Notes: a model not told the origin generated them from the sequence alone. A stretch of 64,000 nt of DNA from Candidatus Latescibacterota bacterium (GCA_965208835.1 OZ242358.1:736001-800000); one strand, 5' to 3'. Shown: positions 10,401-20,035, counted from the first letter of the stretch. Numbers and translations: made by a program.

Positions 10401-11113
10401 CAGCCACGGACGGGTGGCTGGTGTGGGCGCTGACGTCGGACGGAGAGGAAGTTTGGCAGCGGCAGATCGAACACCACGCCGCGCGGTCGATGGTCGTCAG
10501 CGACGTGGAGGGAGACGGCAGGCAGGAAGTCCTGGTGGGCGCTGAATATTACACGTCGAATCTGCTGGAGGCCGACGGGAGGATCCGGTGGACGGTAAAC
10601 GGGGGCCCCTGTTTCTCGGCGCTGGCCCTCGCGGACCTGAATGGCGACGGCGTGAAGGAATCGGTCTACGGCGCCATGGACGGAAACGTCTACACGGTGG
10701 ATTCGACTTCGGGAGAGGTCCTCTGGACGGCCAACCTGGGAGACGATGTCCGGCACGGCGTGGCGGTTCCCGAAAGAGGGTTTGCCGCAGGGAGCGAAAG
10801 CGGGCACGTGGCGCTGTTGAGCAGTACGGGGAAGAAGCGCTGGCGCCGGGACCTCGACGGCGGGGTGACCGGTCTGATTCTTCTCAAGGACGACAAAGCG
10901 GAGACGATAGTCGCCGGGACCTCCGAGGGGTGGGTTGTGTTTCTTTCTCTCGACGGAGAGGTCGTGGGCAGCCACCGCATGGAAGCCGGCGTGACCGTGT
11001 TGACCCGCCTTGCGCTGCCCGGATTGTCCGGTCTGCTGGTAGGGACGCACGGCGGCGGCGTGAGTGCCGTCAGTCCCGGTCCGGCGCCTTTCGATTTGCG
11101 CATCAATCCCTGA
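7442..11113 (+). CDS. Large heparinase II/III-like protein with C-terminal PQQ/FG-GAP beta-propeller
   Basis: QNHW, HGHEDGNSI and WTRDIFW lyase-like motifs; C-terminal repeats (ADLTGDG, DVEGDG, ADLNGDG, G..LW). Confidence 0.65.
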   Translation: MAGDRIDTLKEMHLTTDLSEGAEIVAPVEPEWARLGRRLREMIRAHAGVDLPIVDPESLAPLPDGRHRVLLGNAMVNGSIMALYRRQYAFLDDWYPGGDGYAVRTVHNPENCGYNALLVGGSTLEGAANAVEALEGVLEETGGRLRYTNRSRSEVHETLLPEMTPEAFREWVAAMYRDNLSYYPVEQGTFLGLTHHLTHDPGCARMFRDALFYYEDLVRNRYDGNWLFEHMLFIYSWAWRLFLVWDLIEESDAFTDAERLRITNVLWGLANYVARTRYFKAETPPPLEIRQNHWTFAGLSGSFCAGYFESYYGITRFEKQVRFSKAVFDGQANSYKPNDDAGGGWWGYCWLAPYHQVIYDLKRDDFRFLENGQLRTIADYGIQVTDNLGVPVSFGDMWSYIEQGRYAVALKNKTISLELAMALCTAAWYYEDGSYLWALDWMGGAPYPGCYYRALPKRAPDRLAGVTVAPFNRSLYEWVERHARGGANVPIEEAFDKLVMRGGFDSDDEYLLLDGTSTFAHGHEDGNSIGRLTWKGRMWLADLDYIWKRPRHHSSVVSICDGETVEMPPLVALTWAEASGETAFTRTVVPEYNGLDWTRDIFWVRGGFFLIADSLRLLKDTDYDLKCLWRTLGEVRQEDRELRVGQEGVYFRLLNADDSEKSLLTEEARVAGTDPYESYAFADGPIRIFSQHKALHGRPGHVERYFNLMVAGSEAEIDAWRIERIGEGRVRVAHPDGPTVFGVDGGETRIGGLRVAAAAFALTESNLILLDATGLWANGAVFESDMPVHIVLYPGERAGEVRASKETRVRTEGICFGGEVEPEADKLTAGTHRISLEPGLEDVLREAVRSGTPYEHRRAPGIHGFVPKDTSLRRLWEAQVRGPVRCADAKADSIAVGTGSGQVLVLDPDGRIRWTRETRAEVRAVHLADLKEGRLLAGGRDRALTLFDSGGGVCWKRRFSESHGVDQNVNAVTTADLTGDGNPVILTATDGWLVWALTSDGEEVWQRQIEHHAARSMVVSDVEGDGRQEVLVGAEYYTSNLLEADGRIRWTVNGGPCFSALALADLNGDGVKESVYGAMDGNVYTVDSTSGEVLWTANLGDDVRHGVAVPERGFAAGSESGHVALLSSTGKKRWRRDLDGGVTGLILLKDDKAETIVAGTSEGWVVFLSLDGEVVGSHRMEAGVTVLTRLALPGLSGLLVGTHGGGVSAVSPGPAPFDLRINP

Positions 11114-11198
11114 TCTCATAAATTGGGAGAACCTTGAACCGCCGTCCAATCGGCATGGCGTGGCGCCTTCCATACACCCTATTCCGGAGAACGATCCA

Positions 11199-12140
11199 AT
11201 GAAATTCGCACTCGTCCTGTCTCCTCTCGACGAAGAACGGATGGCCCTCGCCCGCCAGATCGGCGTGACCGACCTGGTGACGACACTTCCCAACGGCGGG
11301 CCGATCTGGGACTTTGACGCCATCGTACATCACAAACAACGCATCGCCGACGCGGGCCTCACGTGGTCCGTGGTGGAGTCCGTACCGATCTCGAACCGCA
11401 TCACGCTGGGTCTGGATGGCCGGGACGAGGATCTCGACGCGTACTGCCAGACCATCCGCAACCTGGGTGCGGCCGGTATCGGGATCATGTGCTGGAACTG
11501 GATGGCGGTGTTCAACTGGATGCGTACCTCGTTCACCACGCGCGGCCGGGGAGATGCGTTTGTGAGCAGCTACGATGACACGCTGATGCAGGACGCGCCC
11601 CCTACGCAATACGGGGAAGTAAGCGAAGTACGGCTCTGGGAAACCCTGGAGTACTTTCTCGAGCGGGTCATTCCCGTGGCCGAAGAGGCCGGCGTCAAGC
11701 AGGCGCTTCATCCGGACGATCCGCCCCTCTCGCCCGTCCGGGGAATCGGCCGCATCATCACCAGCGTGGACGCATTCCAGCGCGTCATCGACATTGTACC
11801 CAGCGAATACAACGGCATAACCTTCTGCCAGGGCAACTTCGCCGCAATGGGCGCGGACGTGCCTGCAGCCATCCGCCGGTTTGGGAACAGGATCCATTTT
11901 TCCCACTTCCGCGACGTGAGAGGAACCGTACCCAGTTTCGAGGAAACCTTCCACGACGAGGGCGACACGGACATGGCCGAGTGCATCCGGGCGTACCGGG
12001 ACATCGGTTTCACCGGACCCATACGGCCGGACCACGTCCCGGTGCTTTCCGGCGAAGCCAACGACCCGCCGGGCTACACCCTGATGGGAAGGCTCTACGC
12101 TGTCGGCTACATGAAAGGGCTGCTGGACGGAACGGCCTGA
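11199..12140 (+). CDS. uxuA: Mannonate dehydratase
   Basis: GGAGA RBS; WSVVESVP, CWNWM, ALHPDDPP, GITFCQGN, HFRDV, RPDHVP, PGYTLMGRLYAVGYMKGL. Confidence 0.93.
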   Translation: MKFALVLSPLDEERMALARQIGVTDLVTTLPNGGPIWDFDAIVHHKQRIADAGLTWSVVESVPISNRITLGLDGRDEDLDAYCQTIRNLGAAGIGIMCWNWMAVFNWMRTSFTTRGRGDAFVSSYDDTLMQDAPPTQYGEVSEVRLWETLEYFLERVIPVAEEAGVKQALHPDDPPLSPVRGIGRIITSVDAFQRVIDIVPSEYNGITFCQGNFAAMGADVPAAIRRFGNRIHFSHFRDVRGTVPSFEETFHDEGDTDMAECIRAYRDIGFTGPIRPDHVPVLSGEANDPPGYTLMGRLYAVGYMKGLLDGTA

Positions 12141-12449
12141 AGCCCGTTCACGAATCTCTCTTGTTCAGAAACAGGTACTTACATGGATGTACAGGATCGA
12201 CAGGATAAAAGCCGAAAACCCGGAAAAATGCCCCGGATATTTGTCGCTGGACGTCAAGTGAATTTACATCCATTTGTACGACCTCAATACCCCGTTTTCG
12301 CACCGTCACCTTCTGTGCCTTTTGTGCATTTTGTGGTAAATTAGCGGTTGTCTTTTTTCGAATTGAGGCAATCACCTGCTCAGTTGCCGAAGAGTTCCGG
12401 TCCGGTAAACTGACTTCAGGGCCACTTGCGGCGGCAAAGACGGAAATCC

Positions 12450-13412
12450 ATGCGCGAAATCAGAATAGGCGCCGCCCAGTTCGAAGCGCGGGATGCCGAC
12501 AAACCCTACAACCTTTCCCGCATCGACGCCCTTACGAGGCGGGCCGTCGACGCGGGCGCCGAAATCGTTTCCTTCCACGAGTGCTGCATTCCTGGCTACA
12601 CCTTTCTGCAGACCCTCCCGCGTTCCCGAATCGCCGAACTGGCCGAGCCCGTACCGGGCGGTCCATCCACGAATCGCCTTATCGACATCGCAAGGGAATA
12701 CAACGTCGCCGTCTTGGCCGGCCTTGTGGAAACGGAACGCGATGCACTCTACAACACCTATGTCGCCGTGGGTCCGGATGGCTACGTCGCAAAGCATCGC
12801 AAGCTGCACGCCTTCATCAGCAAGTTCATCGACTCCGGCGACGCGTTCACCGTTTTCGAACTCTGCGGCTGCCGAATGGGCATCCTGATCTGCTACGACA
12901 ACAACCTGCCTGAAAACGTGCGCCTGACAGCCATGACGGGCGCGGAAGTCATCTTCATGCCGCACGTCACCTGCGGGCTGCCCTCCGCCATGCCCGGCCG
13001 GGGTGTCATCGACCGCGCCCTCTGGGAGAACCGTGATCGCGACCCGGTATCGCTCCGGCAGGAATTCAACGGACCGAAGGGACGGGGCTGGCTCATGCGC
13101 TGGCTTCCGGCGCGCGCCTACGAAAACGGCGTCTACGCCGTTTATACGAATCCCATTGGCGTCGATCACGATACCGTCAAAAACGGCAATGCGATGATCC
13201 TGGACCCGTTCGGCGAAATCCTGGTCGAGTCGGAGGCGCTGGAGGACGACGTCGTGGTGGGGTTGCTCACGCCCGATAAGATACCGGTCTCCTCCGGGTA
13301 CCGCTATCTGCGCGCGCGCCGCCCCGACCTGTACGGCAAACTGGCGGAACCCCTACCGCCGGACATGCAGGGAGGCACGAATCCGGGCTGGAAACTGAAG
13401 GAACCGGAATAG
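12450..13412 (+). CDS. Carbon-nitrogen hydrolase (nitrilase superfamily)
   Basis: Catalytic triad E (FHECC), K (HRKLH), C (LICYDNN); PARAYENG motif. Confidence 0.9.
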   Translation: MREIRIGAAQFEARDADKPYNLSRIDALTRRAVDAGAEIVSFHECCIPGYTFLQTLPRSRIAELAEPVPGGPSTNRLIDIAREYNVAVLAGLVETERDALYNTYVAVGPDGYVAKHRKLHAFISKFIDSGDAFTVFELCGCRMGILICYDNNLPENVRLTAMTGAEVIFMPHVTCGLPSAMPGRGVIDRALWENRDRDPVSLRQEFNGPKGRGWLMRWLPARAYENGVYAVYTNPIGVDHDTVKNGNAMILDPFGEILVESEALEDDVVVGLLTPDKIPVSSGYRYLRARRPDLYGKLAEPLPPDMQGGTNPGWKLKEPE

Positions 13413-13505
13413 ACACGGATGGAACGGATCGAGGGTATAATAGCAGGAGCAAGGGAAATTCCCCTCGATTATGCGTATAAGCGAATAATCCTACCAACTC
13501 GCATT

Positions 13506-13530
13506 GTAGGGGCGTCCTTCACGGGCGCCC
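13506..13530 (+). repeat. GTAG-type REP-like palindrome (copy 1)
   Basis: GTAGGGGCGTCC-TTCAC-GGGCGCCC; related copies at 52587, 59498 and 63372-63396 (reverse). Confidence 0.6.
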
Positions 13531-13564
13531 GTCCTCCGGCGGCGAACTCCACTGAAAGGGAAAT

Positions 13565-15544
13565 ATGGCGCAGAGTTCCGCAATTCGAGCGGAGTCCGAA
13601 TCCCAAACGGCACTGAAGACCGACGCGGTGACGCTTCGCGCGGTCGGCATCGGCCTGCTGCTCGTGCTCGTCGTCAATTTCTGGATTTCAACCACCGAAT
13701 ACGTCATCCACGCCTCGCGGATGCAGCTCTCCTTTTTTCCCCTCGCCCTCTTTGCCGCCTTCCTCGTGCTGGTCATCGTCAACGGCTTCGTCCGCCGCCT
13801 CCGTCCGCACAGCGCCCTGCAGTCGTCCGAACTGCTCGCCATCCTGGCGATGGGGTTCGTGGGCGCCGTGGTGCCCACCTCGGGCATAACCGGCTTTCTC
13901 CTCGGCATTCTTTCGGGGGTCTACTATTTCGCCACGCCCGAGAACCAGTGGGCCAACTATCTCCATCCCAATATTCCGGGATGGGCCGTACCCTCGAACG
14001 AAAACCATGCGATGACCTGGTTTTACGAGGGGCTGCCCGAGGGGCAGCAAGCGCCGTACCAGGCCTGGATTGCGCCTTTGATCAGCTGGATCTTTTTTCT
14101 GCTGGCCCTATGCACGCTCCTGTTCTGTATTTCGGTAATCCTCCGCAAGCAGTGGGTGCGGAACGAGCGCCTGGTCTTTCCGCTGGCTTCCGTGGGGGCT
14201 ACGCTCACGCGCGGGAGCCGCGGCGGTTTCCTTCCGGATGCCCTGCGCGGCGGCCTCTTCTGGGGCGGCTTCGGCGTGGGATTCGGCGCCATTTCCTGGA
14301 ATATCCTCAACTATTTCTGGCCGGTCGTGCCCAAGATCCCCTTGCAGGGCAAGTGGGTCGTCTTTGCAAAAGGCTTTCCGCGCGTCAACACCCGCATCAA
14401 CTTTCTGACTGCGGGATTCGCGTACTTCGCCAACCTGAATATCCTGTTCTCGATCTGGGTCTTCTTTGTACTCTTTTTCTGGTTCGAAAACGGCATCATC
14501 AACCGCATCGGATACGTGATCCCGCGCAAGCCGCTCAACTTCTCTGCCGAAACCGAGGTCACGGCGTGGCAGGGTTTTGGCGCGCTGACCGTGCTGGTGC
14601 TGTGGAACCTCTGGACCGCCCGCACCCATATCAAAGCCGTCTTTGCCAGGGCATTCGGGAAGGGAGACGCGGATGACGCCGGCGAACTGCTCTCGTACCG
14701 GTTTGCCGTGTTCGGACTCATCGGCAGCCTCGTCTTCGTCTGCGCCTTCTTCTCCCAACTGGGCATGCAGGGTAAACTCGTCGCACTGCTCGTGCCCGCC
14801 CTGATCGTCAACTACCTCTCCATCGCCCGAATCGTCTGCGAGACGGGCCTGGCCTATATGCGTACTACGTTGACCGAACAGTACGCCGCCCTGTACACGA
14901 TCGGCACCAGCGCGCTCTCGCCCTCGAGCATGTCCGGCGTCAGCCTCACGTACAGCCTCGTCTGCCAGGGGAAGGGGACCTTTATGTCGCCCTTCATGCA
15001 CGTGGTCCGACTCGCGGACCTCATCCGCCGGAACCGGCGGCGGCTTGTGCCCGCCCTGGCCCTGGTCGTGGTCGTGGGCCTCGCGGCAGACTTCGCTCTC
15101 ACCATCTTCCTGGGTTATCGGACCGGCGCTTTCAATTTCAACGCCTGGCCCTTCTCCAGCGCCGGACGCTTCGCGTACGATCTCACCGTTACCCAGATGA
15201 GAAGCCCCTTCGATACCAGTTGGGAGCGGCTGGCCGTGTTCTGTGTGGGCGCCGCCGCGATGTCACTGCTGACCTTTCTGCACTACCGGCTGCCTTGGTG
15301 GCCGTTTCACCCCATCGCATTTCCCATTGCCTTCTCATGGAACACCCAGCTCACGTTTTTTTCGATCTTCGTCGTCTGGGCGATCAAGGCCATACTGCTC
15401 AAGGTTGGCGGCGTCAATCTCTACAGAAAATGGCAGCCCGCCTTCCTGGGGCTTCTGACCGGATACGTCCTGGCCATCACACTATCCTTCCTCGTGGACG
15501 CCGTCTGGTTCCCCGGCCAGGGTCACGGCGTACACAACTACTAG
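13565..15544 (+). CDS. DUF6785/DUF6784-like multi-pass membrane protein (putative transporter)
   Basis: 659 aa, many TM helices; YFATPENQW, LRKQWVRNERLVFPL, WWPFHPI, GHGVHNY motifs. Confidence 0.75.
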   Translation: MAQSSAIRAESESQTALKTDAVTLRAVGIGLLLVLVVNFWISTTEYVIHASRMQLSFFPLALFAAFLVLVIVNGFVRRLRPHSALQSSELLAILAMGFVGAVVPTSGITGFLLGILSGVYYFATPENQWANYLHPNIPGWAVPSNENHAMTWFYEGLPEGQQAPYQAWIAPLISWIFFLLALCTLLFCISVILRKQWVRNERLVFPLASVGATLTRGSRGGFLPDALRGGLFWGGFGVGFGAISWNILNYFWPVVPKIPLQGKWVVFAKGFPRVNTRINFLTAGFAYFANLNILFSIWVFFVLFFWFENGIINRIGYVIPRKPLNFSAETEVTAWQGFGALTVLVLWNLWTARTHIKAVFARAFGKGDADDAGELLSYRFAVFGLIGSLVFVCAFFSQLGMQGKLVALLVPALIVNYLSIARIVCETGLAYMRTTLTEQYAALYTIGTSALSPSSMSGVSLTYSLVCQGKGTFMSPFMHVVRLADLIRRNRRRLVPALALVVVVGLAADFALTIFLGYRTGAFNFNAWPFSSAGRFAYDLTVTQMRSPFDTSWERLAVFCVGAAAMSLLTFLHYRLPWWPFHPIAFPIAFSWNTQLTFFSIFVVWAIKAILLKVGGVNLYRKWQPAFLGLLTGYVLAITLSFLVDAVWFPGQGHGVHNY

Positions 15545-15637
15545 GCACGATGGATGGCGGACATCCTTCCGCCACAAAACAAAGGGCCGACGATATTCCC
15601 GTCGGCCCTTCCTGTTTGCCCGATTCTCCGGCGATGC

Positions 15638-17671
15638 TCAGGGCATCACCCGAAATACCGCTGAACTTGCCGCCTTGCTCGCCGCCTGCTGGTCCTCCAC
15701 GATCACCCTGAATGCCCATGGTCCCGGCGTGGACCCCTCCATATCCAGTGTGAGATAATGCGGCTGCCAATCCCTCGTTTCTCTGTACGAGTTGGTCACG
15801 GCCGTTGTCCACTCTGGAATGACCACGTCCTTTTCCTTCCACTTCTCCGGAAGCAGGCGGGTCTGGTATGTGATCCGGTAACTGGTGGCACCGAACTCAT
15901 CCCGCTTCAGATTGTAGACCTCGAAGTAGAACGACATGCTGGCGTCCCGCTGGCACTGCTTCAACGGGTTGGGCAACACCATAAACCTGTCCCGGCCGAA
16001 CGGTCGATCGTCCTGTTCGACCACCCGCTGAGCCAGGAGCAGGTCGCTGATTGCCAGTCTGTCCCGGCCGTACCGCCTGATCTGCAACGAATCGCGAAGG
16101 GTCCCCAGGCTGTGTTTGTTCAGGTCTTCCGTTTCGACCGCCAGGTGGTACTTCCCCGGATCCATTGAAAGGCGCTCGCCCCAGAAGAGGTATCCATCCC
16201 GCACGGCATTGCCTTCGATCCACGGCATTCTGTGAATGGGTGAAATGGTCTTCCTGACTTCCTGCCATCCTTCGTCAAACAGGAACAGACCCTGCCTGAG
16301 ATCCACAGCCTGAATTCCCGAGCTGACCTCGCGATGCGCGACGTGTTCGCCGGAAAGCGCATAGTACAGCTCCACCCGGGTCTTGCCGTCCTCGCCGCGA
16401 AACCTCGCGATCTCGAAGGGCGCGTCGTACCGTTTCAGCCAGTACGGGTCGCTGTAGTACTCGGGAACCCGCTTCACGAGGTCCTTGTATTTGCTCCGTA
16501 CCGATCCCCGAATCGAAACTTGCAGCACGTCCCAGTTGTTTTCACCCAGGCGTTCGAACGTTATGCTGAACCCCGGATAGCTCCACGTCTCGCGGAGCAG
16601 CACGTAATTCATCCGGTCCAGATAGATGTTTCGTGCGCCCGGTTGTCCATACCTTATGTATACCTGGCCGCGGTCCGTCTCCCAGCCCTCCACGCCGCGG
16701 TCCGGATCGGCAAACCTCAGATTGGCATACGCCACCCGCCTGCAGTGTTCCAGCATCCGCTCGTTTCCCGGTGTCAGGAACAAGGGGTCCCGGCCTGTCC
16801 AGAACCGGCGCAGGGTCTCTTCGTCCGGAAGTTCACCCCCGTCCCTCAACGCCTCCCGGTCCGTCAAAACCACCACCGACCTGATGAACTGCCGTTCCAG
16901 TCCGGACATCAGTTCCAGGCCTTCCGAATAGGCGGCGAAGGCCTTGTCCAGATTGTCACGGTTCTGGTAACCCAGCCCGGTGAAGAAATAAGCATCCCAG
17001 TCTTCCGGATGACGATCCGCATAATCTTCAAACAGCGCCACGAGCCGATCCGCCATATGGCCTTCAAGGTAGACCTGCCCCAGCAGAATCCGGGCAGGAC
17101 GATGTTCCGGGTCCACTTCCAGCACATGGGTCAGATAGCCGATCGCCTGCTCCCGCATTGCCATGCCGTAATTCCCGTAATTGAACCTTCGTTTCCGCTC
17201 AGGGCCCGATTTCAGGGTTTCCCGTTCCAGATTGTACATCATTTCACGGGCGGCGTATCTTCCGGCCTGATAGAGGGCGTCGGCGTCATTCGGCGAAAGC
17301 GCGATCGCCTTGCGGATCTGCTCGTAAAATTCATCCCTCGAACCCGACTGCCAGAAAATCTCCGCGTACGTCTTGACGTAGGCGGCGTTCTCCGGTTCGC
17401 GCTTCATCGCCCTGTGCACCCACTGCCTCGCGAACCGTCTGGACAACACCGTGCCGCGGCTCAGATAGTGCCTGGCCAGCGCGTGCATCGCCCTTCCCGA
17501 TGGATCGTACCGGACCGCCCGCTCCATCAGCGACACCCGCTTCATGTGCGACAGCGAGGTATCCGCCGCGGAGGCCAGCAGGGCCGCCACTTTGTACGCG
17601 TCCCGCTTTGCGGCCGCCGATGGGCTGGAGACGCAGAGGATGATCGTAAACAGCAGGGCGAGTCGCAACAT
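15638..17671 (-). CDS. GWxTD-domain protein with N-terminal TPRs (paralog 1)
   Basis: Signal peptide MLRLALLF; TPR-like helices; FWTGRDP..TPGNE..EHCRRVAYANLRF; GWETDRGQVYIRYGQP; C-terminal beta-rich region (YFEVYNL). Confidence 0.88.
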   Translation of the reverse strand: MLRLALLFTIILCVSSPSAAAKRDAYKVAALLASAADTSLSHMKRVSLMERAVRYDPSGRAMHALARHYLSRGTVLSRRFARQWVHRAMKREPENAAYVKTYAEIFWQSGSRDEFYEQIRKAIALSPNDADALYQAGRYAAREMMYNLERETLKSGPERKRRFNYGNYGMAMREQAIGYLTHVLEVDPEHRPARILLGQVYLEGHMADRLVALFEDYADRHPEDWDAYFFTGLGYQNRDNLDKAFAAYSEGLELMSGLERQFIRSVVVLTDREALRDGGELPDEETLRRFWTGRDPLFLTPGNERMLEHCRRVAYANLRFADPDRGVEGWETDRGQVYIRYGQPGARNIYLDRMNYVLLRETWSYPGFSITFERLGENNWDVLQVSIRGSVRSKYKDLVKRVPEYYSDPYWLKRYDAPFEIARFRGEDGKTRVELYYALSGEHVAHREVSSGIQAVDLRQGLFLFDEGWQEVRKTISPIHRMPWIEGNAVRDGYLFWGERLSMDPGKYHLAVETEDLNKHSLGTLRDSLQIRRYGRDRLAISDLLLAQRVVEQDDRPFGRDRFMVLPNPLKQCQRDASMSFYFEVYNLKRDEFGATSYRITYQTRLLPEKWKEKDVVIPEWTTAVTNSYRETRDWQPHYLTLDMEGSTPGPWAFRVIVEDQQAASKAASSAVFRVMP

Positions 17672-17775
17672 CAGGATTTCCAATTGATCGGGCGACGAGA
17701 GTCAACCGTCAAAGCGCCGGATTCCAGCGCGAGCGGCAGCCGGTTCAGGGAAGTCCTCAGCGGATTCCGTGTCAT
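17671..17775 (-). CDS. Putative 34-aa leader/small ORF coupled (TGATG) to the GWxTD gene
   Basis: ATG 4 nt after the GTCTA -10 element of the ECF-type promoter; its stop overlaps the GWxTD ATG. No homology evidence. Confidence 0.3.
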   Translation of the reverse strand: MTRNPLRTSLNRLPLALESGALTVDSRRPINWKS

Positions 17776-17779
17776 ATTG

Positions 17780-17807
17780 TAGACCCGCCGGAGGAGTGAA
17801 TGGTTCC
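17780..17807 (-). promoter_or_regulatory. Putative ECF-sigma promoter GGAACC-N17-GTCTA
   Basis: Minus strand reads GGAACC attcactcctccggcgg GTCTA, resembling the sigmaE-class GGAAC/GTC consensus; same spacing as the site at 38033..38060. Confidence 0.55.
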
Positions 17808-17855
17808 CTTGGCAAGAACGTTGTAACGTCGACAGAAGGGCGGGTTCTTCGCCGG

Positions 17856-19976
17856 TTACCACCTGACGCGAAAACGTGTTGTGGATTCGGTCTCGGTGCC
17901 GGACAGCAAGTCCTCGACGACCACCCGGAACGTGCGCAGACCCGGCGACGTCCCGTCCATGTCCACCCGCAGATACCGGGGTTCCCAGTCGCGGACGCCC
18001 CGGTACGTGTAGGACACCGCCGTCGTCCACTCAGGCTCCGGGTCCTCCAGCCGCCGCTTCTCCGGGAGCACCTGCGTCTGATAGCCAATCCTGTAATGCG
18101 TAGCGCCGAAGGTGTCGCGCGCCAGGTTGTACACCTCGAAATAAAACCACGCGCTTCCATCGCGCGAGCACTCATGCAATGGGTTGGGCAGCACGATATA
18201 CCTGCCGCGTTCCACCGGCCATTCATCGCGTTCCACGATCCGGCGCGCCATCAGCAGGCTGCTGATCTCCAGCGAATCGGGGTTGAACCGCCTCGCCTCC
18301 AACGGTTCCCTGAACGTCCCCACCTTCTTGCTCGGCTGGTCCTCCGCCTCCCCGGCCAGGTAATAATCCCCGGGCTCAAGCGTCAACTGCTCGCTCGCAA
18401 TCAGGTATCCGCGTTTGGTCGAGGCGTAATACAGCCAGGGCATCCGCCGCACGCGGCCGACCTCCCGCCGGAGCGTATCCCAGACCGTGTCGAACAGGAA
18501 CAGCGCCTGGACCACGTCCACCTCCCGGACACCGGGACCAACCTCCTTATGCGTGACCTGATCACCGGAAAGCGCATAGTACACTTCCACGCTCGTCTTT
18601 CCGCCGTCGCGCCGGAACTGCGCGATCTGATACGGCACGCTGTACTGATAGGGATAGCGGTAGTAATCCGGGACCAACGCCACCAGTTCGCTGAAGTTCA
18701 GTGTCTGCCCACCCAGCTTCGACTCGCCGAACCGCCACGAGTCCCAGGAATTCGTATTCAGGAATGAAACCTCGAACCCGTCGTACGTCCATGTATCCTT
18801 TCGAGGGTGGAATTCGAATATTCCCCCGGACGGCCGCCGGTTCCGCCGCCTCATCTCCGCTTCTTCCTCAATGGTCTTTGTCAGGCCCAGATCGATGTCC
18901 GCGGGCGTCATGTGCCGAGCCACAGGGTCGCCGTATCGGATATAGGCCTGTCCCCGGTCGGTCTCCCATCCGGCGTACCCGTTGATGGGGTCGCCGAAAC
19001 GCAGATTCGCGAAAGCCACGCGCCTGCACTGCTCCAGCATCCGCTCGTTGATCTCGCTCAGATACAACGGGTCCTTCCCGAACCAGAATTTCCGGATCTC
19101 TTCCACGTCCGGCGGTGGTTCCTCGTTCTTCGACGATTTCTTGTCACGCATCAGAAAGACCGATTGCATGAAGCGGCGTTGCCGGTCGGATAAACGCGCC
19201 AGACCGTCCACGTAGGCGCGGTAGGCGGCTTCGGGGTCGTCCCTTTGCTGATAGCCGAGTCCCATGAAGAAGTAGGCGTCGGCACGGCCCGGATTGCGTT
19301 CGATATCGTCCTGAAACAGGGAAATAAGCGCATTCGGCTTTCGCGCCATATAGTATGCCAGCCCGAGATGCACGCGGGACGGCCAGTGGTCGGCGTCCAG
19401 CCACAGGGCGCGGTCCAGGTATTCAATCCCCGCGTCCACGTCCATATCCGCGTACCCGCGCTGCGCGAACGTGCGCCCGGTCGTCACGTCACCGTCCCCT
19501 GCCACCCGCATCGCGTCCCCTACGTCCTCACGCGTGAAGAACGTCATTTCCCACGACCAGACCACGAACCGTCCCGCCCAATAGTACGCGCGCACGTTCC
19601 TGGGGTCCAGCGCGATGGCCTCCCGCGCTTTCTTGTACGAGGCGGACCTCGGTCCGGTGCGCCAGAGCAGCTCCGCGAAGGTCGCCGTGTATTCCCCGTT
19701 TTCGGGTTCACGCCCCATCGCCCGCTTGAGGAGCGACCGCGCCTGCTGCCGCGAATACGTCGTGCCTTTTTCCAGTCGCAATCGCGCGAGCGCATGGAGG
19801 GCGCGTCCCGTGCGGTCGAGCTTTATCGCCTCCTTCAGGAGGTCCCTGCGTCCGTCCAACCCCAGCGAGGTGTCGGCGGATGCCTGAATCAGGGAGTCAA
19901 CCTTCGCGGGGACGGCACGCGCGGCCTGCGCCGGGGTCGTCAACAACAGCAGGCAATTCAGGATCAATGCAATCAT
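17856..19976 (-). CDS. GWxTD-domain protein with N-terminal TPRs (paralog 2)
   Basis: GGAG RBS, signal peptide MIALILNCLLLL; FWFGKDP..NERMLEQCRRVAFANLRF; GWETDRGQAYIRYGDP; closely similar to paralog 1. Confidence 0.88.
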   Translation of the reverse strand: MIALILNCLLLLTTPAQAARAVPAKVDSLIQASADTSLGLDGRRDLLKEAIKLDRTGRALHALARLRLEKGTTYSRQQARSLLKRAMGREPENGEYTATFAELLWRTGPRSASYKKAREAIALDPRNVRAYYWAGRFVVWSWEMTFFTREDVGDAMRVAGDGDVTTGRTFAQRGYADMDVDAGIEYLDRALWLDADHWPSRVHLGLAYYMARKPNALISLFQDDIERNPGRADAYFFMGLGYQQRDDPEAAYRAYVDGLARLSDRQRRFMQSVFLMRDKKSSKNEEPPPDVEEIRKFWFGKDPLYLSEINERMLEQCRRVAFANLRFGDPINGYAGWETDRGQAYIRYGDPVARHMTPADIDLGLTKTIEEEAEMRRRNRRPSGGIFEFHPRKDTWTYDGFEVSFLNTNSWDSWRFGESKLGGQTLNFSELVALVPDYYRYPYQYSVPYQIAQFRRDGGKTSVEVYYALSGDQVTHKEVGPGVREVDVVQALFLFDTVWDTLRREVGRVRRMPWLYYASTKRGYLIASEQLTLEPGDYYLAGEAEDQPSKKVGTFREPLEARRFNPDSLEISSLLMARRIVERDEWPVERGRYIVLPNPLHECSRDGSAWFYFEVYNLARDTFGATHYRIGYQTQVLPEKRRLEDPEPEWTTAVSYTYRGVRDWEPRYLRVDMDGTSPGLRTFRVVVEDLLSGTETESTTRFRVRW

Positions 19977-20035
19977 TCGGATCTCCGAAAACCCGGCGGG
20001 ATTTTCTGTTATGCTTCTCCGATAACCACAATCTG

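Noticed and set aside
8990-11323. 777-aa antisense ORF
   Set aside because: Shadow of the 1223-aa lyase/propeller gene; low-information Arg/Pro/Gly-rich translation.
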